A stretch of DNA of 64,000 bases from Candidatus Aenigmatarchaeota archaeon (GCA_026397315.1 JAPLVC010000005.1:33737-97736); one strand, 5' to 3'. Shown: positions 1-9,392, counted from the stretch's first letter. Numbers and translations: made by a program. The notes: generated by a model not told the origin, from the letters alone.

Positions 1-1060
1 CCAGATAAACAATGTCGAAAAGATTTACCTGTATAGGGATTGTGCGGGCCATCTGTTCTATGTCATACTTTCTCTTTATCCGCTGGGATAGCTGCTGGAA
101 AGGCAGTGGGCTGCCGCTCTTCGCGTCTGTGCCCAGCATCTCGCCTTCGATTATGCACTCATGCGCTTTAATCCCCGAGGCGACTAGCTTGACCAGGTCC
201 GGAAACTGCTTCGTCACGTCTTCGAGCCTTCTGGTATAAAACCAGAGCTTGCCGCCTTTTTTATGGATGCACACGCGAGCGCCGTCGTATTTGAATTCTA
301 AAATCGGTCTTTCGAATGTATTCAGCGCCTCTTTAAGATCCTGCGCTTTTTCGGCCAGCAAGACCTGATATGGCTTGCCCACCTCGACCGTCACTTTCTC
401 GAGCCCGCGGAGGCCGTGCTCTTTGGCGATTTTTGCTATCTCGGCATAATCAGGCCGCAAGAACCATGCCCATTCGATGGCGCTTATTGTTTTTTTCTTC
501 TCTTCCTGGTCCTTGAATTCGAAAAATGCCGAGGCTATCGAATCGCGCAGCACTCCTTCCGCGACTCCGACACGCATCTGCTCAAGCACCGTGCGCACTA
601 TGTATTTCGCTTCCTTTGGCTGCGCACTGGAAATAAGTTCTTTTATGAGTGATATCTTGGAATCCTGAGAACCTTTCCCCTCGACGGACGCTAGTTTCTG
701 CAGGTTTTCGAAAACTTTCGTCACGTCAAGCTCGCGGTTCACCAGATTTTTCTGTTTTTTGACCGACAGCATTTTTTCCACGGCGAGGCCGAGATCGCCT
801 GTTTTTCTGAATTCATTCTCCACTTCACTTTGTGAAAACCCAGCGGATGAGGCAATCACCTTTATCATCAGCTTATCGGCGACGCCCATCTCCTTTTCGG
901 AATATGGAGGGAACACTTTTCCCTGCATCAGCAGCACGACTTTGTCAAGTGTTTTGGCGTCCGCTTCCCTGAAGAAAGCCGCGATTTTCTCTATTTTGCT
1001 CAGGCGGGACGGCGTCTGCTCCAGATATTCGTAAAGCCCGACGAGTTCAGAATATTTCAT
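1..1060 (-). CDS. lig: ATP-dependent DNA ligase (5' part; runs off window start)
   Basis: Not in the ORF track; manual translation from ATG at 1060 gives MKYSELVGLYEYLEQTPSRLSK...TGDLG...MRVGVAEG...motif I EFKYDGAR...IIEGEM...QRIKRKYDI...LFDIVYL, typical of archaeal ATP-dependent ligase. Confidence 0.95.
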   Translation of the reverse strand, partial: MKYSELVGLYEYLEQTPSRLSKIEKIAAFFREADAKTLDKVVLLMQGKVFPPYSEKEMGVADKLMIKVIASSAGFSQSEVENEFRKTGDLGLAVEKMLSVKKQKNLVNRELDVTKVFENLQKLASVEGKGSQDSKISLIKELISSAQPKEAKYIVRTVLEQMRVGVAEGVLRDSIASAFFEFKDQEEKKKTISAIEWAWFLRPDYAEIAKIAKEHGLRGLEKVTVEVGKPYQVLLAEKAQDLKEALNTFERPILEFKYDGARVCIHKKGGKLWFYTRRLEDVTKQFPDLVKLVASGIKAHECIIEGEMLGTDAKSGSPLPFQQLSQRIKRKYDIEQMARTIPIQVNLFDIVYL

Positions 1061-1139
1061 AATAGAATATTGTAAGGACTTTATAAAAATCGGTTGGAAC
1101 AATAAACCGTTAAAAATCTAAACGGCAATTGACTCGATA

Positions 1140-1463
1140 ATGAAAATTATAAAATTAGATTTGAGAGAAGAATATTTGGCACCGACAATGAAAGAAATGA
1201 AAGAGAGAATGCAATTTGGTAATCTTAAGCAGGTTCCGCTCGATAAAATCAGAAATGAGACCGAGAGGATAAACTCGCGACATCAAATACGGGTGAAAAG
1301 GCACGGCATACAACTAATAATAGAATATGATGGTTTCACGTCACCCGATCTACCGGTGTGGTTAGACTCTGTCTGCGTCCTGCCTAATGACTACAGGCAT
1401 GCTGAAACGCCAAATGGCAAAGTTTATGCAAAATTGAAGCCGGGTTTCTATCTTTTTCAATAG
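1140..1463 (+). CDS. hypothetical protein
   Basis: 107-aa ORF filling the gap between lig and the next gene; no recognisable motif. Confidence 0.55.
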   Translation: MKIIKLDLREEYLAPTMKEMKERMQFGNLKQVPLDKIRNETERINSRHQIRVKRHGIQLIIEYDGFTSPDLPVWLDSVCVLPNDYRHAETPNGKVYAKLKPGFYLFQ

Positions 1464-1491
1464 TTTTAATTAATTCAATTCATATAAAATT

Positions 1492-2685
1492 ATGAGAGGC
1501 CAGTTTTATTCTGCAATCGCGATACTCATAGCCATACCCATCATCGTGTTCATTTCCCTTTATGTAGCCACCCAGGGCGGCGAAGACGGCATCTACCAAG
1601 CGATAGTCGCGGACCAGATACACCAGGTGGAAAAAGGCATAGAGGACGATTTCGGCAAGGCCGTCGTGACTTCGGGAAAACGCGCCATGATAGCCGGCGA
1701 CGATTACGTGGTCATGAGCGGCAAGGCTTTGACCGATGCCGTGGGGGGTATGAAAGAACTGATGCAGTACGGCACGATAGAAGGCAACGAAATCATACTC
1801 ATGTACAATAATACCATTTCCAACTGGACCAGTAAAATACTGGCCATACCATCAAATTTCGACATCAACATAACTTACTGGGGACTCGACGTCGCCAGCT
1901 CGGGGGCATTCCACATCAAAGCTTCTGCGAAAATAAACGTTTCTGTTGCAGACGAGATCGGCATCGCGCGCATAGACAAAATCGGCGAGTATTATGAAGC
2001 GCTTGTTCCGATTGAGGGGACCGAAGATCCTGTGTTCACCCTGAAAACAGGCGGCCTAATCACTAGAACAATCAAGCTTTCACCTTATTCTTACAGAGCA
2101 AAAAAACTGGTGATTGGCGGTCTTAACTCGAGCGGCAACTGTACGGGCAACTTCACGATGAACAAAAGTGACTGTTCGTCGAAAATACTGGTTGCGGAAA
2201 ACACGAGCGGTGTCGCATTATCATGCTTCTCCGGCTTCATAATAGAAGAATCTATAAATCTCAGCTCTGATTCGGACTGCTATATCACGGGCAACATCAA
2301 TGCGGTTGAAATTATAACACAGGCCCTTGCGGAAACGAATTACAATAAAATGTACATAGACGGTCCGACAAAGGCGGCATGGCATCTGCCCATACGCGAT
2401 GAGATAGACGAGAAGTATTATTTCAGCGGCAGTGGCCCATTGTTTTTGAAGAGATTGGAAGGCAATCTCAACCAGACGACCGAGGGTTTGGAAACTTTCG
2501 TGAACCTGCCGGAACTGGAAAGCAACCAGATTCCGCTAAAGCAGAACGTCATCTCCGTGGATTATATATATTTTGGGGAACAAGACTATATTGGGTATCC
2601 GGTCAGGGGTTTGCAGGGCTGGTTCAGACTTAACAGGACTTTTACGGACAAATATAATCTCACCGAATTGTGCAATGGTTGTTGA
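1492..2685 (+). CDS. large class III signal peptide (pilin-like) protein
   Basis: N-terminus MRG/QFYSAIAILIAIPIIVFISLYV is a prepilin-type cleavage site plus hydrophobic helix; Asn-rich extracellular region with many NxS/T sequons; upstream of an assembly ATPase. Confidence 0.75.
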   Translation: MRGQFYSAIAILIAIPIIVFISLYVATQGGEDGIYQAIVADQIHQVEKGIEDDFGKAVVTSGKRAMIAGDDYVVMSGKALTDAVGGMKELMQYGTIEGNEIILMYNNTISNWTSKILAIPSNFDINITYWGLDVASSGAFHIKASAKINVSVADEIGIARIDKIGEYYEALVPIEGTEDPVFTLKTGGLITRTIKLSPYSYRAKKLVIGGLNSSGNCTGNFTMNKSDCSSKILVAENTSGVALSCFSGFIIEESINLSSDSDCYITGNINAVEIITQALAETNYNKMYIDGPTKAAWHLPIRDEIDEKYYFSGSGPLFLKRLEGNLNQTTEGLETFVNLPELESNQIPLKQNVISVDYIYFGEQDYIGYPVRGLQGWFRLNRTFTDKYNLTELCNGC

Positions 2686-2686
2686 T

Positions 2687-3541
2687 ATGAAAAAAGAGAA
2701 AGCTGAAGTAACCTCCACGGAAACGAAAGATAAAGATGCAGGTGAAAAAACGAAGGGTTCTGGGAAGAACGATATTCTGGAAAAAAAGTGGGAGGTTCTT
2801 GTGAAAGAGTCCACAAAGGATTCTAAACAAACCAAAGACGCGGGCACGAAAGGTGAAGACCGAAAAGGGGATTTGAAGAAAGAGGGGCAAAAACAGGAAA
2901 AACCAGCCAAAAGGTTGCCTGTAAAAAAAGAGACGTCTCCTAAAAAAACAAAGCCAGCAGAAAATGATGAATTGGACGAAGATGAAAAACAAGACACTGT
3001 CAAAAAGAAAAAGGGTGAAATAAAGGATCATCTGGAAACCGATGTAGATAAACTCTATGAACTCACAAGGGACAAGGGAATAATAAAAATAAATGAAGCT
3101 GCAAAACTACTGAAAATAGATATAGATCAGATTGAAGAATGGGGCAGGATACTGGAAGAACACAAGCTCGTCAGATTGCGCTATCCACCTGTCGGGGAAC
3201 CGGTTCTGATACTGAAAAAATTCATGACTGACACCGAAAAAATAAAGGAGATAAAAGAGAAAATAAAACTGAAACCGAGGAAGAGGGTGTTCATGATAAA
3301 CATTATCATACTCGCTTGCTTCATCGTTGCTGTGTCATTCTATACCATAAGATTCGGAGCCATACGCATCACTTACACCCAAGCTTATTTAGCGGCGGCC
3401 GTAATTATTATAATAGCCGGGGTTTTGATTTTCAAGTTCAAAATAAAGAAAAGGATAAAAAAAGATGATAAAAAAAATACCGAGGTTTCCTCAGAAGGGG
3501 AGCAAGGAGACCGGGGAAAGCCAGCCAGAAAACCGTCCTGA
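2687..3541 (+). CDS. membrane protein: charged low-complexity N-terminus, winged-helix-like domain, two C-terminal TM helices
   Basis: Likely start ATG 2687, just after the upstream stop; K/E/D-rich region, then LETDVDKLYEL...INEAAKLLKIDIDQIEEWGRILEEHKLVRLRYP (HTH-like), then two hydrophobic segments. Confidence 0.75.
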   Translation: MKKEKAEVTSTETKDKDAGEKTKGSGKNDILEKKWEVLVKESTKDSKQTKDAGTKGEDRKGDLKKEGQKQEKPAKRLPVKKETSPKKTKPAENDELDEDEKQDTVKKKKGEIKDHLETDVDKLYELTRDKGIIKINEAAKLLKIDIDQIEEWGRILEEHKLVRLRYPPVGEPVLILKKFMTDTEKIKEIKEKIKLKPRKRVFMINIIILACFIVAVSFYTIRFGAIRITYTQAYLAAAVIIIIAGVLIFKFKIKKRIKKDDKKNTEVSSEGEQGDRGKPARKPS

Positions 3542-5024
3542 GGAAAGAAAAATAATAGAGGATTACAGCATAGATTATCAGAATGTATCGGCCTCCGTTA
3601 AAATATATCACGACCCGCAGGAGTACGTTCCTATTTATGATCTCAAATACCCCAAGATAGAGGAAGCTACCTGGGCGATTCTCGACTCCATCAGGGAAAA
3701 AATAGTCACCGAGCTCGCTTTCAGGACGGACGACATTCTGAGCACTGAAGAAACCGGGGACGTCAAGAAAAAATTCGTGCAGAAGGCCACCACCCTTATC
3801 CATGCGGAACTACCAAGCCTGTCGAAAAACGACGTCGACATACTTGTCGGCATTCTTTCACAGGAATCGCTTGGCCTGGGCCCCATAGAATTCATGCTTA
3901 AAGACAATGACCTCGAAGAGATAGTCATAAACAACGCCAAGGAACCTATATGGGTTTACCACAGGACTTACGGCTGGCTGAAGTCGAACGTAATACTGAG
4001 CGACGAAACCAAAATATACAATTATTCCGCCCAGATAGGCAGGAAGGTCGGGACCCAGATAACAAATCTCAATCCCCTCATGGACGCTTATCTGACGACA
4101 GGCGACAGGGCCAACGCGACACTTTTTCCAATATCATCAAAGGGCAACACGCTGACGATAAGAAAATTCGCCAGAAGGCCATGGACCATAACGGATTTCA
4201 TAGAAACGAATACCATAACCCCGGACGTCGCCGCGTTCCTTTGGCTGGCTATACAGTTCGAGATGAACATAGTATGCACCGGCGGCACGGCTTCGGGCAA
4301 GACGTCTTTCCTCAACGTCCTTTGCATGTTCATCCCGCCGAGCCAGCGAATTCTATCCATCGAGGATACGAGAGAAATTCAGCTTCCACCATTCCTTCAC
4401 TGGGTCCCCATGACTACGAGGCCGCCGAACATCGAAGGCAAAGGCGAGGTCACGATGCTTCAACTCATGATAAACGCGTTGAGGATGAGGCCAGACAGGA
4501 TGATAGTCGGCGAGATACGCAGGTCAAAAGAGGCAGAAGTCCTGTTCGAAGCTATAAACACAGGCCACTCTGTTTATTCAACACTTCACGCCAACACCAG
4601 CGAAGAAACGCTCAAGCGTCTCATCAACCCGCCCATAAACATCCCCATATCGCTTCTCACGTCGCTCCAGCTGATAGCGGTCATGCACAGGGACAGGCGC
4701 AGGAGAATAAGAAGGGTCCTGGAAATAACCGAGCTCATACCTTCCGGCGGGCTGGACGAAATGAAAATCGAACTGAACAACGTGTTCAGGTGGATACCAT
4801 CCAAGGATCAGATAGTCGAATGGGGCAAATCGAACCGCGTCCTCAATGACATCAAGCTATTTTCCGGGATGGAAGACAATGAAATAAAGAAAAACCTCGA
4901 GGAAAAAAAGAGCATCCTCGTGTGGCTGGTGAAAAACAAAGTCAACACGATAGACAAAGTCGGCAGGACTATATCCGATTACTACAAGGACCAGGAAAAG
5001 ATTCTCAGGATGATAAAGAAATAG
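3465..5024 (+). CDS. type IV pilus / Tad secretion ATPase (VirB11/TadA/ArlI family)
   Basis: Walker A GGTASGKTS, SIEDTRE, LRMRPDRMIVGEIR, His box TGHSVYSTLHA. Confidence 0.95.
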   Translation: MIKKIPRFPQKGSKETGESQPENRPEERKIIEDYSIDYQNVSASVKIYHDPQEYVPIYDLKYPKIEEATWAILDSIREKIVTELAFRTDDILSTEETGDVKKKFVQKATTLIHAELPSLSKNDVDILVGILSQESLGLGPIEFMLKDNDLEEIVINNAKEPIWVYHRTYGWLKSNVILSDETKIYNYSAQIGRKVGTQITNLNPLMDAYLTTGDRANATLFPISSKGNTLTIRKFARRPWTITDFIETNTITPDVAAFLWLAIQFEMNIVCTGGTASGKTSFLNVLCMFIPPSQRILSIEDTREIQLPPFLHWVPMTTRPPNIEGKGEVTMLQLMINALRMRPDRMIVGEIRRSKEAEVLFEAINTGHSVYSTLHANTSEETLKRLINPPINIPISLLTSLQLIAVMHRDRRRRIRRVLEITELIPSGGLDEMKIELNNVFRWIPSKDQIVEWGKSNRVLNDIKLFSGMEDNEIKKNLEEKKSILVWLVKNKVNTIDKVGRTISDYYKDQEKILRMIKK

Positions 5025-5029
5025 GCCTT

Positions 5030-5611
5030 TTACCTGTACATCGTCTGGATGTTCTCAAATCTGGGCACAAATATTCTGTATTTGTCCTTATCTTCGAGCT
5101 CCTCTAGAATTCTCTTTATAATCATTTTTTCCGGGTCGGGCAGCATGCTGACACGCTTCTTCAGGTCTTCAAAACTCGCGAATATGTTTTCTTTTCTCGC
5201 GGAAAGTATTTCCCATAGATGTTTCTTGCCTATGCCAGGAAGCAGTTCCAGCTGATGGAGCCTGGTCGTTATGGGTCCGGCTTTGTTAAAGAAATCCAGA
5301 AACTTCTGCGGCGTGGATTTGACTAAGCTCTCGACTATGTCCGTCACTTCTTCCTTTGATGCGGTCGTCAGGTCTTTGTAATCTATCCTTCTCTTGATGA
5401 ACTTGACCTCGTCCCTTTTGCCGTCGCCAATATAAACAGAAGTACCGACTTTCAGGTAAACTCCTTCCCTGACTATCACCTCGAGCAGTGAAAAATACAA
5501 CTCCCCTATCACCTGGGCCACGGGTTGCGAAACTTTCATGCCGTAATATCCGTGGGGAAGATAATCTAGCACTATCGCCTTCTCATCCTTCTTGATTTCT
5601 CTCTGAATCAT
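5030..5611 (-). CDS. DUF655 family RNA-binding protein
   Basis: VLDYLPHG, FTLLE-like FSLLE, HhH motif LHQLELLPGIGKK; conserved position after rpo4. Confidence 0.9.
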   Translation of the reverse strand: MIQREIKKDEKAIVLDYLPHGYYGMKVSQPVAQVIGELYFSLLEVIVREGVYLKVGTSVYIGDGKRDEVKFIKRRIDYKDLTTASKEEVTDIVESLVKSTPQKFLDFFNKAGPITTRLHQLELLPGIGKKHLWEILSARKENIFASFEDLKKRVSMLPDPEKMIIKRILEELEDKDKYRIFVPRFENIQTMYR

Positions 5612-5657
5612 CCTTCCGCTCCCTTTTTTATAAAGTTAGAATGCGTCTTTAAAAGCG

Positions 5658-5984
5658 CTACTTGTTGTCTTTTATAATTTTGATTATTTTTTTCTTGTCG
5701 TCCTCTGTCAAAACTAGTCTGTCATTGGCAAACAGAACCCTGATGTCGTTCTGGTTGTCAGGCAGGAAATTTATTATGTTGACTATGTGCCTCTCCTTGA
5801 GCTTTTCTATGCCCCTGAGTTCCTCTATCATCTTTTCGTATTTCTTGTCCGGGAGCTTGCAGAATTTTCTAAGGTGATCGAGAGCATTCTTCTGTTCATA
5901 GACGAGTTCCTTCTTCTTCTCGCTTTCAGAAAGTATTTTCTTGGCATCTGTCCAGCTCGTCACTTTTTCATCTTTAACATTCAT
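5658..5984 (-). CDS. rpo4: RNA polymerase subunit Rpo4 (F)
   Basis: YEQKNALDHLRKF motif and HRDC-like C-terminus; conserved rpl21e-rpo4-DUF655 order. Confidence 0.9.
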   Translation of the reverse strand: MNVKDEKVTSWTDAKKILSESEKKKELVYEQKNALDHLRKFCKLPDKKYEKMIEELRGIEKLKERHIVNIINFLPDNQNDIRVLFANDRLVLTEDDKKKIIKIIKDNK

Positions 5985-5992
5985 GAAACCAC

Positions 5993-6280
5993 CTACTTTT
6001 TCAGGACCAGATGCTCCGGCCTGGATATTACTTCTTTCAGGCTGTTGCCTATCCTTATTTGCACCACGTACGCGTCCCCTCTCCTTGCTTTTATCACTCC
6101 GGTCAAGCCCTTGAATTTGGGGAAGGGCATGCCCTTGTGCGATGAGGGATTGGGCTTCAGCGTCACTCTGTCTTTTATCTTGAATTCCGTAAGATATGGC
6201 GTGACCTTGAACTTGTGCCTGAGGGTTTTCTTCAGCTTCCTTCTCGTGGATCTCCTGAATCCCATTGTCGCTCTTACCAT
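5993..6280 (-). CDS. rpl21e: 50S ribosomal protein eL21
   Basis: GFRRSTRRKL...HKGMPFPKFKGLTG...RPEHL; start at 6280 preferred. Confidence 0.95.
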   Translation of the reverse strand: MVRATMGFRRSTRRKLKKTLRHKFKVTPYLTEFKIKDRVTLKPNPSSHKGMPFPKFKGLTGVIKARRGDAYVVQIRIGNSLKEVISRPEHLVLKK

Positions 6281-6284
6281 ATTA

Positions 6285-7448
6285 TCATCCTTTTTTGATG
6301 CCAATCAGGTCGAATTCCTTCATATGCGCCTGGTTTTCAAGCAGTTGCGATATTGAAGGTTTCGTCCTGCCGCCGTCGCCGGTTATGAGTTCCTGCAGGT
6401 ATAAGCCGGACTCTGCGGTTATATCAAATTGGTATCTTTTAGTATTAATCCTTTTCCATTTTATATTTTTAACCTTTTTATGCTTTGTTTTGTCGGGTTT
6501 TGCCCCCAGAATCCTGTTAGGCGTCCGCTGTTTTATGGCGCCTACTATGCCTTTGAGGCGCTCCGGTTTTTCCACGGGCGTCTCGAAATCCACTACAACT
6601 CTGTAGACTTTGAATGGATTCTGTGCCTTTAGCTCTGCCACTTTTTTTCTGGTGGAAAGGCGGAGTCTGGCAACCCTTACTTTAGCGCTTTTGTTTATGG
6701 CACTTTCCATCTTTTTAAGAGGCAATTTCCTCATAAGCGGCTGCTTCAGCTCAACGATGAACGGTCTCCATGCCAGGCATCTGGCATCCCTGTCCTCCCT
6801 GCCTTGCGCGTGCAGCACGTGTTCCCTTGATTTAGTCACCTTCATGAGCGGTCTGGCTATGATGTCCTCCACGGAGTCTTTGAATTGTCTCGAACTCGTC
6901 TGCGGGAGGCCGCGAACGAGCTTTTTATATTCACCGTAGATAAACAATGGGTTGTAAAAAATCTCGGCACTCATTTTCTGGACGTCGAAAGTTATGATTA
7001 TGTTTGGGTGTTCGGTGTCCTGTTTCTTGCCGGTTTTATGCACTATTAGTTTTCCGAGCTCCCGCGCTATCTCGGTCTTCAGTGGCTCGCAGTATTTTAT
7101 GCCGATTTTCCCCCAGAGCGCCTCCTCCTTCATGACGAGCGAATCGCTCATTCTGACGCCTATCATGAAAGTCGAAAAACCGGCAGGTTTAATCTTTTTA
7201 ACAATATCTGAAGCGGTTGTCCTGATGCCGGCTATTGTGTTTTCGCACAACGGGCACGAAGCATCTTTGTGATCGGCTGGCAGCGCACGCCCGTCTTTAC
7301 CTATCATGGTGCGTATCTTCCTACCCCTTTCGCTATTGTCCGCCGCTCTGATGACCCTAGTGAATTGCCTGCCGAGGCATGAGTCGCACACGTCCCCCGT
7401 CTCAAAAATTTTCAGAGCTAGCGACATTATCTCTTTGGCGTTTTTCAT
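6285..7448 (-). CDS. pus10: tRNA pseudouridine(54/55) synthase Pus10
   Basis: CDSCLGRQF zinc motif, GEYKKLVRGLPQT, catalytic GREDRDAR, QRTPNR, GLYLQELITGDGGRTKPS. Confidence 0.92.
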   Translation of the reverse strand: MKNAKEIMSLALKIFETGDVCDSCLGRQFTRVIRAADNSERGRKIRTMIGKDGRALPADHKDASCPLCENTIAGIRTTASDIVKKIKPAGFSTFMIGVRMSDSLVMKEEALWGKIGIKYCEPLKTEIARELGKLIVHKTGKKQDTEHPNIIITFDVQKMSAEIFYNPLFIYGEYKKLVRGLPQTSSRQFKDSVEDIIARPLMKVTKSREHVLHAQGREDRDARCLAWRPFIVELKQPLMRKLPLKKMESAINKSAKVRVARLRLSTRKKVAELKAQNPFKVYRVVVDFETPVEKPERLKGIVGAIKQRTPNRILGAKPDKTKHKKVKNIKWKRINTKRYQFDITAESGLYLQELITGDGGRTKPSISQLLENQAHMKEFDLIGIKKG

Positions 7449-7472
7449 AATACCATCTTGTCCGCCTTGTTT

Positions 7473-8228
7473 TTAAGTTATTTTAAGGCCGAAAACCCCG
7501 ATCGCGTTTTCCTTGGCGGCGCGCAGGATGTTCTCAACGCTGTCGCCTCTCAGCTCCGCTATTTTGGCTGCGGAAAGCTTTATGTTCCAGGGGTAGTTGC
7601 GCGGGTCCTGCTCTTTGTTTGGCGAAAGGAATGGGGAATCGGTCTCCAGAAGCATCCTGTCGAGCGGTATGTCCTTTGACATCTTGCGTATGTTTTTTGA
7701 GAAAAGCACCATGGTGGAAACTGATATGTAAAACCCGCGCTCCGTTATTTCTTTCGCCAGCTCTCTGGATCCGGAAAAGCAGTGAAAAACCGCTTCGACT
7801 CCCGCGTCCTTAACCATCTGGAAGCACTCATTTTCAGCGTCCCATGAGTGTATGACCAGCGGCTTTCCGATGGTTTTAGCAAGCTCTATGAAACGCGAAA
7901 ATATCTCCTGTTGTTTCGCCTGTTTTGATACATCCTTCTCCCAGTGATGGTCAAGGCCAACCTCGCCCACGCCGACGATCCTGTCCGAGTTTGCCTTTAT
8001 GAGGTTCATTATTTTTTCAGGGTTCTCGCCGCCTTCAGTTGGATGATAACCGAGCGTCGGGAAGACGAAGCCGTGGTTTTTTCTGGACAGTTCCAGTGCT
8101 TTCACACCTTCGTCGTATCTGGCCGTCCCTACTATGACTGCAGACATCTCCCTGCGGCATCTCGCCAGTATTTCATGCATGTCCTTGTCGTAATCACCGA
8201 AACACAAATGGGCGTGAATGTCAATCAT
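7473..8228 (-). CDS. tatD: TatD family DNase
   Basis: DIHAHL, GYHP, VGEVGLD, VIHS, FHCFSG, LETDSPFL. Confidence 0.95.
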   Translation of the reverse strand: MIDIHAHLCFGDYDKDMHEILARCRREMSAVIVGTARYDEGVKALELSRKNHGFVFPTLGYHPTEGGENPEKIMNLIKANSDRIVGVGEVGLDHHWEKDVSKQAKQQEIFSRFIELAKTIGKPLVIHSWDAENECFQMVKDAGVEAVFHCFSGSRELAKEITERGFYISVSTMVLFSKNIRKMSKDIPLDRMLLETDSPFLSPNKEQDPRNYPWNIKLSAAKIAELRGDSVENILRAAKENAIGVFGLKIT

Positions 8229-9051
8229 GTGCCATCCCTCCGAAAAAATAAACCAGCGCCTCTTCTATGTTTTTGACTTCCTTTATTTCAATGCCGGCCT
8301 CTTTGGCTATATCGATACTGACCGGCACTTTCTCCGTGGTGCATACTGGAGCGGGACCTGCCTGCTCGCAATATTTTCTGGTCTCATAAATTATTTCAGT
8401 GCCCTGGCCGCTAGGCACGAGAAGCGTGCTCGCGCCGGTTTCCTTCGCAGCTTTTGCTTTCATTAGCACGTGGCTGACCGGACCTATTGTGCCATCGTGA
8501 TTTATTGACCCGGTTATCATGACACGCGTGCCGACGTCTTTATGTATTAGTGAAGCTATCGTGGCTATCGCTAGCGCAGCGCCTGCCGACGGGCCTTCGA
8601 CGGATGTTGAGTTTGTCTCAATATTGTATATTATATCATATTTTGAAAGGTTCACGCCAGTTATGTTTGAGGCGACTTTGCTTGAAATGCGTATTGAGTT
8701 CTGGATGTCAGTCCAGAAAAGCATTTTGTCTATGTTGGCCAGAACCCTTCCACTGCCTTCCATCGTCTGGACAGTGAGTGTAGTTATCATGCCCATATCA
8801 TCGTCGTCAACTGCAGGAACGAGTATTGACGCGAACGAAGCGTTGGTGCCATAGTCAACCGGTTTGTAAGGGGTGTAATTTATATCTCCGGCGAGCCTTG
8901 TTTCATCGCGGTATATTATCAGCGTCTTGTTTGTGGCGCCGATCATGTAACCGGCCAGGAATATTGCGGCTGCAAAAAATATTACAGCGTATTTTCTGGT
9001 CTTGCTGTCCGGCTTCTTTTTTCTCACGGCGTCCTTCCTGTATTTATACAT
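8221..9051 (-). CDS. membrane-anchored Lon-type (S16) serine protease domain protein
   Basis: N-terminal TM helix; VEGPSAG (catalytic Ser), TGSINHDGTIGPV, catalytic Lys in MKAKAA; no AAA+ domain. Confidence 0.88.
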   Translation of the reverse strand: MYKYRKDAVRKKKPDSKTRKYAVIFFAAAIFLAGYMIGATNKTLIIYRDETRLAGDINYTPYKPVDYGTNASFASILVPAVDDDDMGMITTLTVQTMEGSGRVLANIDKMLFWTDIQNSIRISSKVASNITGVNLSKYDIIYNIETNSTSVEGPSAGAALAIATIASLIHKDVGTRVMITGSINHDGTIGPVSHVLMKAKAAKETGASTLLVPSGQGTEIIYETRKYCEQAGPAPVCTTEKVPVSIDIAKEAGIEIKEVKNIEEALVYFFGGMAHD

Positions 9052-9081
9052 AAAACCACGAGAGCGCTACGGGTCTATATA

Positions 9082-9089
9082 TTTAAATA
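9082..9089 (+). promoter_or_regulatory. TATA box for SRP RNA
   Basis: TTTAAATA about 20-25 nt upstream of the SRP RNA 5' end. Confidence 0.6.
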
Positions 9090-9107
9090 CGGCCTCTCGG
9101 ATTATTA

Positions 9108-9392
9108 ATGCAGGGGCCTCCAACCATGGGGCTAGGCCTACCGTACCTTCGGGTGGCAAACGGTCTTCACGGCCGGTTGTAGTTTGCGGATGGTTTTGCG
9201 TTGAACTGCAAAGCCCTGACTGCCAACGTAGAAGCCTTGTCCTGCAGGATCATCTTCATGACGAACCGGGTCAGGGTCGGAAGACAGCAGCTCTAAGTCA
9301 TGTCGGCGGTGCTTGCAGGGTAGCAGGGTGGAGAAGGCAATCAGGTTAACTTTCGGTTTTGTGCAAAGTCTACCGCAAACATGTCCCTGCAT
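9108..9392 (+). ncRNA. ffs: signal recognition particle (7S) RNA, apparently lacking helix 6
   Basis: Helix 8 motif GUCAGG-GUC-GGAA-GAC-AGCAGC at about 9270-9291; archaeal motifs GGGCUAGGCC, GCCAACGUAGAAGCC and GGGUGGAGAAGGC; terminal helix ATGCAGGGGC/GTCCCTGCAT; helix 5 GTTTGCGG/CCGCAAAC. Confidence 0.92.

Noticed and set aside
12-1034. Several short plus-strand ORFs
   Set aside because: They are antisense shadows of the minus-strand DNA ligase, which the ORF track missed because it runs off the window
2690-3020. A-rich low-complexity stretch as a possible repeat array
   Set aside because: Explained by Lys/Glu codons in a disordered protein region; no periodic DNA repeat
3950-4849. 299-aa alternative-frame ORF inside the ATPase gene
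   Set aside because: R/Q/H-rich composition typical of an off-frame read of a coding gene; no motifs
9108-9392. RNase P RNA as an alternative identity
   Set aside because: No GAGGAAAGUCC or terminal P4 motifs, whereas the SRP helix 8 signature is clear
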